A stretch of 62,626 bases of DNA, counting the filler, from Mycoplasmatota bacterium (GTDB lineage Bacteria; Bacillota_I; Bacilli_A; RF39; UBA660): assembly GCA_012727915.1 (NCBI GenBank). It is 7 parts of 7 records of this genome, joined end to end, with 100 filler letters (N's around TTAATTAATTAA, not from the genome) between each part and the next. Parts side by side here need not be neighbours in the genome. Positions count along the whole stretch, not along the records: positions 58,741 to 62,626 come from JAAYGD010000041.1; 6 more parts are not named here. One strand, written 5' to 3'. This document shows, in pieces, positions 61,002 to 62,626 of this stretch. Under the pieces are notes generated by a model. That model had not been told where the DNA came from. It did no database searches and worked only from the letters and a program-made list of their open reading frames with translations. Positions within the stretch are counted from its first letter, which is position 1. Each line of letters starts with the position of its first letter. The translations under genes were made by a program, and so were the position numbers.

Positions 61002-62462
61002 CGGGGAAATAAATTAAGCATATGCCAATTTGGAATGTACTTTTTTAAATTGTTTATTGTAATACTCAATTTTCCACGGATGAGTCATTGGAGGGATGTA
61101 TTTTTTCTTTTCCTTTATAACAGGAATTTCATCAAATTCTTTTGAAAACCTTTTATTTCTTGATAGCTCTTTTAATTCATAAACGCTCTCATCAATTGCA
61201 ACAACTAAATTGCCATCAAATGCTTTTATAACTAATACTTCAGTTTTAGGTAAGAAACATTTTAATTTGCCATTTAAATATGGTTGGTAGTATTTATTAT
61301 AATATTTAATAGAGTTGCCATTATCAATCTTTCTTTTAGTTAAAACAGCAAGTGTATAGTTGATCCTTTCTTCAGAGGGAATAGCTTCCATGACTGATTC
61401 GAATTTTTTGTAATTTAGAGCAAACTTTCTATTAAATTTAGGAACAAAAACATTTATTAAATAATCATTAGCTTCTTCTATTGTATTAATATTATTTAAT
61501 CTTAGTTCTTGAATTAATCTTCCTTGAAAAGTACCATTAGTTCTTTCTATAAGTGCTTTAACTTGTGATATAGATGAAGTTATAAGGTTTATCCCAAATT
61601 GTTTACAAGCATAATTAAATTGAGTTAAAACATCTTTTTCCGAAGTTCTTTTATCAGGATTTAAAGACATATAATTAAATATAGTTCTGTTGTCAGTAGT
61701 AAAACTATAGGGAATTCCATATGTTGTTAATATTTGATAAAAAGTATTATAATAACCTTTTAAAGTTTCTTGTTCTTGAAAATAAGCACCAACAACAGTA
61801 GAAGTAGCTTTATCAATAGCTAAGTGAAGACAATACTTTTTATCTCCGAACCAAAGATGGATAGAACCATCCATTTCAATTACTTCCCCAAAATATTTTG
61901 GCTTAGATAGTCTTGGATGTGAGTCTTCCAAAGCGATTTGATGATTAACAATTACTTCAATTTCCTTTTCCGTCTTATCTAGTAATTTCTTTTCTTTAAG
62001 TATTTTTTTCTTAGCAAATTCTTTTTTGGTTTTCTTTCTAGCTTTAGGGGATAAAATACCTTCTTTAGTTAAAGTGTTATAAATAAATTTATAAGATACT
62101 TTAATATTTTCCTCTTCTTCTAAATACTCTTTAAAATGATTGAAGTTAAAATCATAGTATTTGTTTTTATAAAATAGTATAATATCTTCAGAGAGAGATT
62201 TATCAAATGTTTTAACTGGTTTTCTATTGCGATTCCCATGAATAAAACCTGATTTACCTTTCTCTTTATAAATGATAGTTAGGCGATCTATTTGCCTTCT
62301 AGATATATTAAGTTTAGTAGCAGCTCGTATTTTGTTTCCATTATGATCAACTAACTCTTTAATAACCTCGTATTTTTCTTGTTCGTTCATTCTTAAACTT
62401 ACCTTTCTCATTGATAACTCACCTCAGTGAATTATTATATATTAATTTTGAGACATTATCAT
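60970..62462 (-). mobile_element. ISNCY (IS1202-like) insertion sequence; exact ends uncertain
   Basis: Imperfect inverted repeats ATGAAAATGTCTCAAA (60970-60985) and TTTGAGACATTATCAT (62447-62462) flank a transposase. Confidence 0.7.
61014..62411 (-). CDS. DDE transposase, ISNCY/IS1202-like
   Basis: HTH N-terminus, HGNRNRKP, EMDGSIHLWFG, AIDKAT, TDNRTIF, IERTNGTFQGRL, HPWK. Confidence 0.9.
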   Translation of the reverse strand: MRKVSLRMNEQEKYEVIKELVDHNGNKIRAATKLNISRRQIDRLTIIYKEKGKSGFIHGNRNRKPVKTFDKSLSEDIILFYKNKYYDFNFNHFKEYLEEEENIKVSYKFIYNTLTKEGILSPKARKKTKKEFAKKKILKEKKLLDKTEKEIEVIVNHQIALEDSHPRLSKPKYFGEVIEMDGSIHLWFGDKKYCLHLAIDKATSTVVGAYFQEQETLKGYYNTFYQILTTYGIPYSFTTDNRTIFNYMSLNPDKRTSEKDVLTQFNYACKQFGINLITSSISQVKALIERTNGTFQGRLIQELRLNNINTIEEANDYLINVFVPKFNRKFALNYKKFESVMEAIPSEERINYTLAVLTKRKIDNGNSIKYYNKYYQPYLNGKLKCFLPKTEVLVIKAFDGNLVVAIDESVYELKELSRNKRFSKEFDEIPVIKEKKKYIPPMTHPWKIEYYNKQFKKVHSKLAYA

Positions 62463-62500
62463 GGAATAATCATAATTTAAAAAATGAACATAAAAAAACA

Positions 62501-62626
62501 TTGACATATTATTTTAATAGTGATATATTAACTTTGCGTTTAATTTAAGTTTTGCTTATATGCAAGACTTAATTTAAGAATTAAAAAGATACACCCGGAT
62601 ATGTGTAAGGAAGGAGAATTATTTTA
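62501..62626 (+). promoter_or_regulatory. Promoter and structured 5' leader of a gene beyond the window
   Basis: TTGACA-17 nt-TATATT; hairpins TAAGTTTTGC/GCAAGACTTA and TACAC/GTGTA; RBS AAGGAG at the edge. Confidence 0.55.

Overview
Very AT-rich bacterial DNA using genetic code 11 (TGA stops, tRNA-Trp with CCA anticodon). The gene content (dnaB-dnaI, T-box, sortase, khpA, RNase J, prepilin-type proteins) points to a reduced low-GC Bacilli/Firmicutes genome, possibly an RF39-like lineage (inference). The window is not contiguous: it is seven contigs joined by 100-nt N...TTAATTAATTAA...N linkers (2744-2843, 9816-9915, 19525-19624, 29379-29478, 43883-43982, 58641-58740), so synteny holds only within a contig. 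Housekeeping genes include dnaB, dnaI, hisS, aspS, der, engB, nrnA, ackA, thiI, khpA, trpS with tRNA-Trp, rnj, rpsT and a ttcA-family gene. The accessory highlights are: (1) a WXG100-like gene cluster leading into a large protein whose central domain is shared with a second large protein on another contig; the second ends in a HEXXH zinc-peptidase and is followed by an immunity-like gene, suggesting a T7SS-type polymorphic toxin family; (2) a DUF1295-DUF2177-heliorhodopsin operon; (3) a sortase-anchored DUF3494 ice-binding-family protein with its own sortase, bracketed by two paralogous ~50-aa membrane proteins; (4) a cyclic beta-1,2-glucan synthase-like giant gene; (5) Lsa-like ABC-F and Erm-like ribosome-protection genes; (6) an Asp T-box that appears to act by sequestering the RBS; (7) an ISNCY/IS1202-like element. 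All family calls come from motif recognition by eye; no searches were run.
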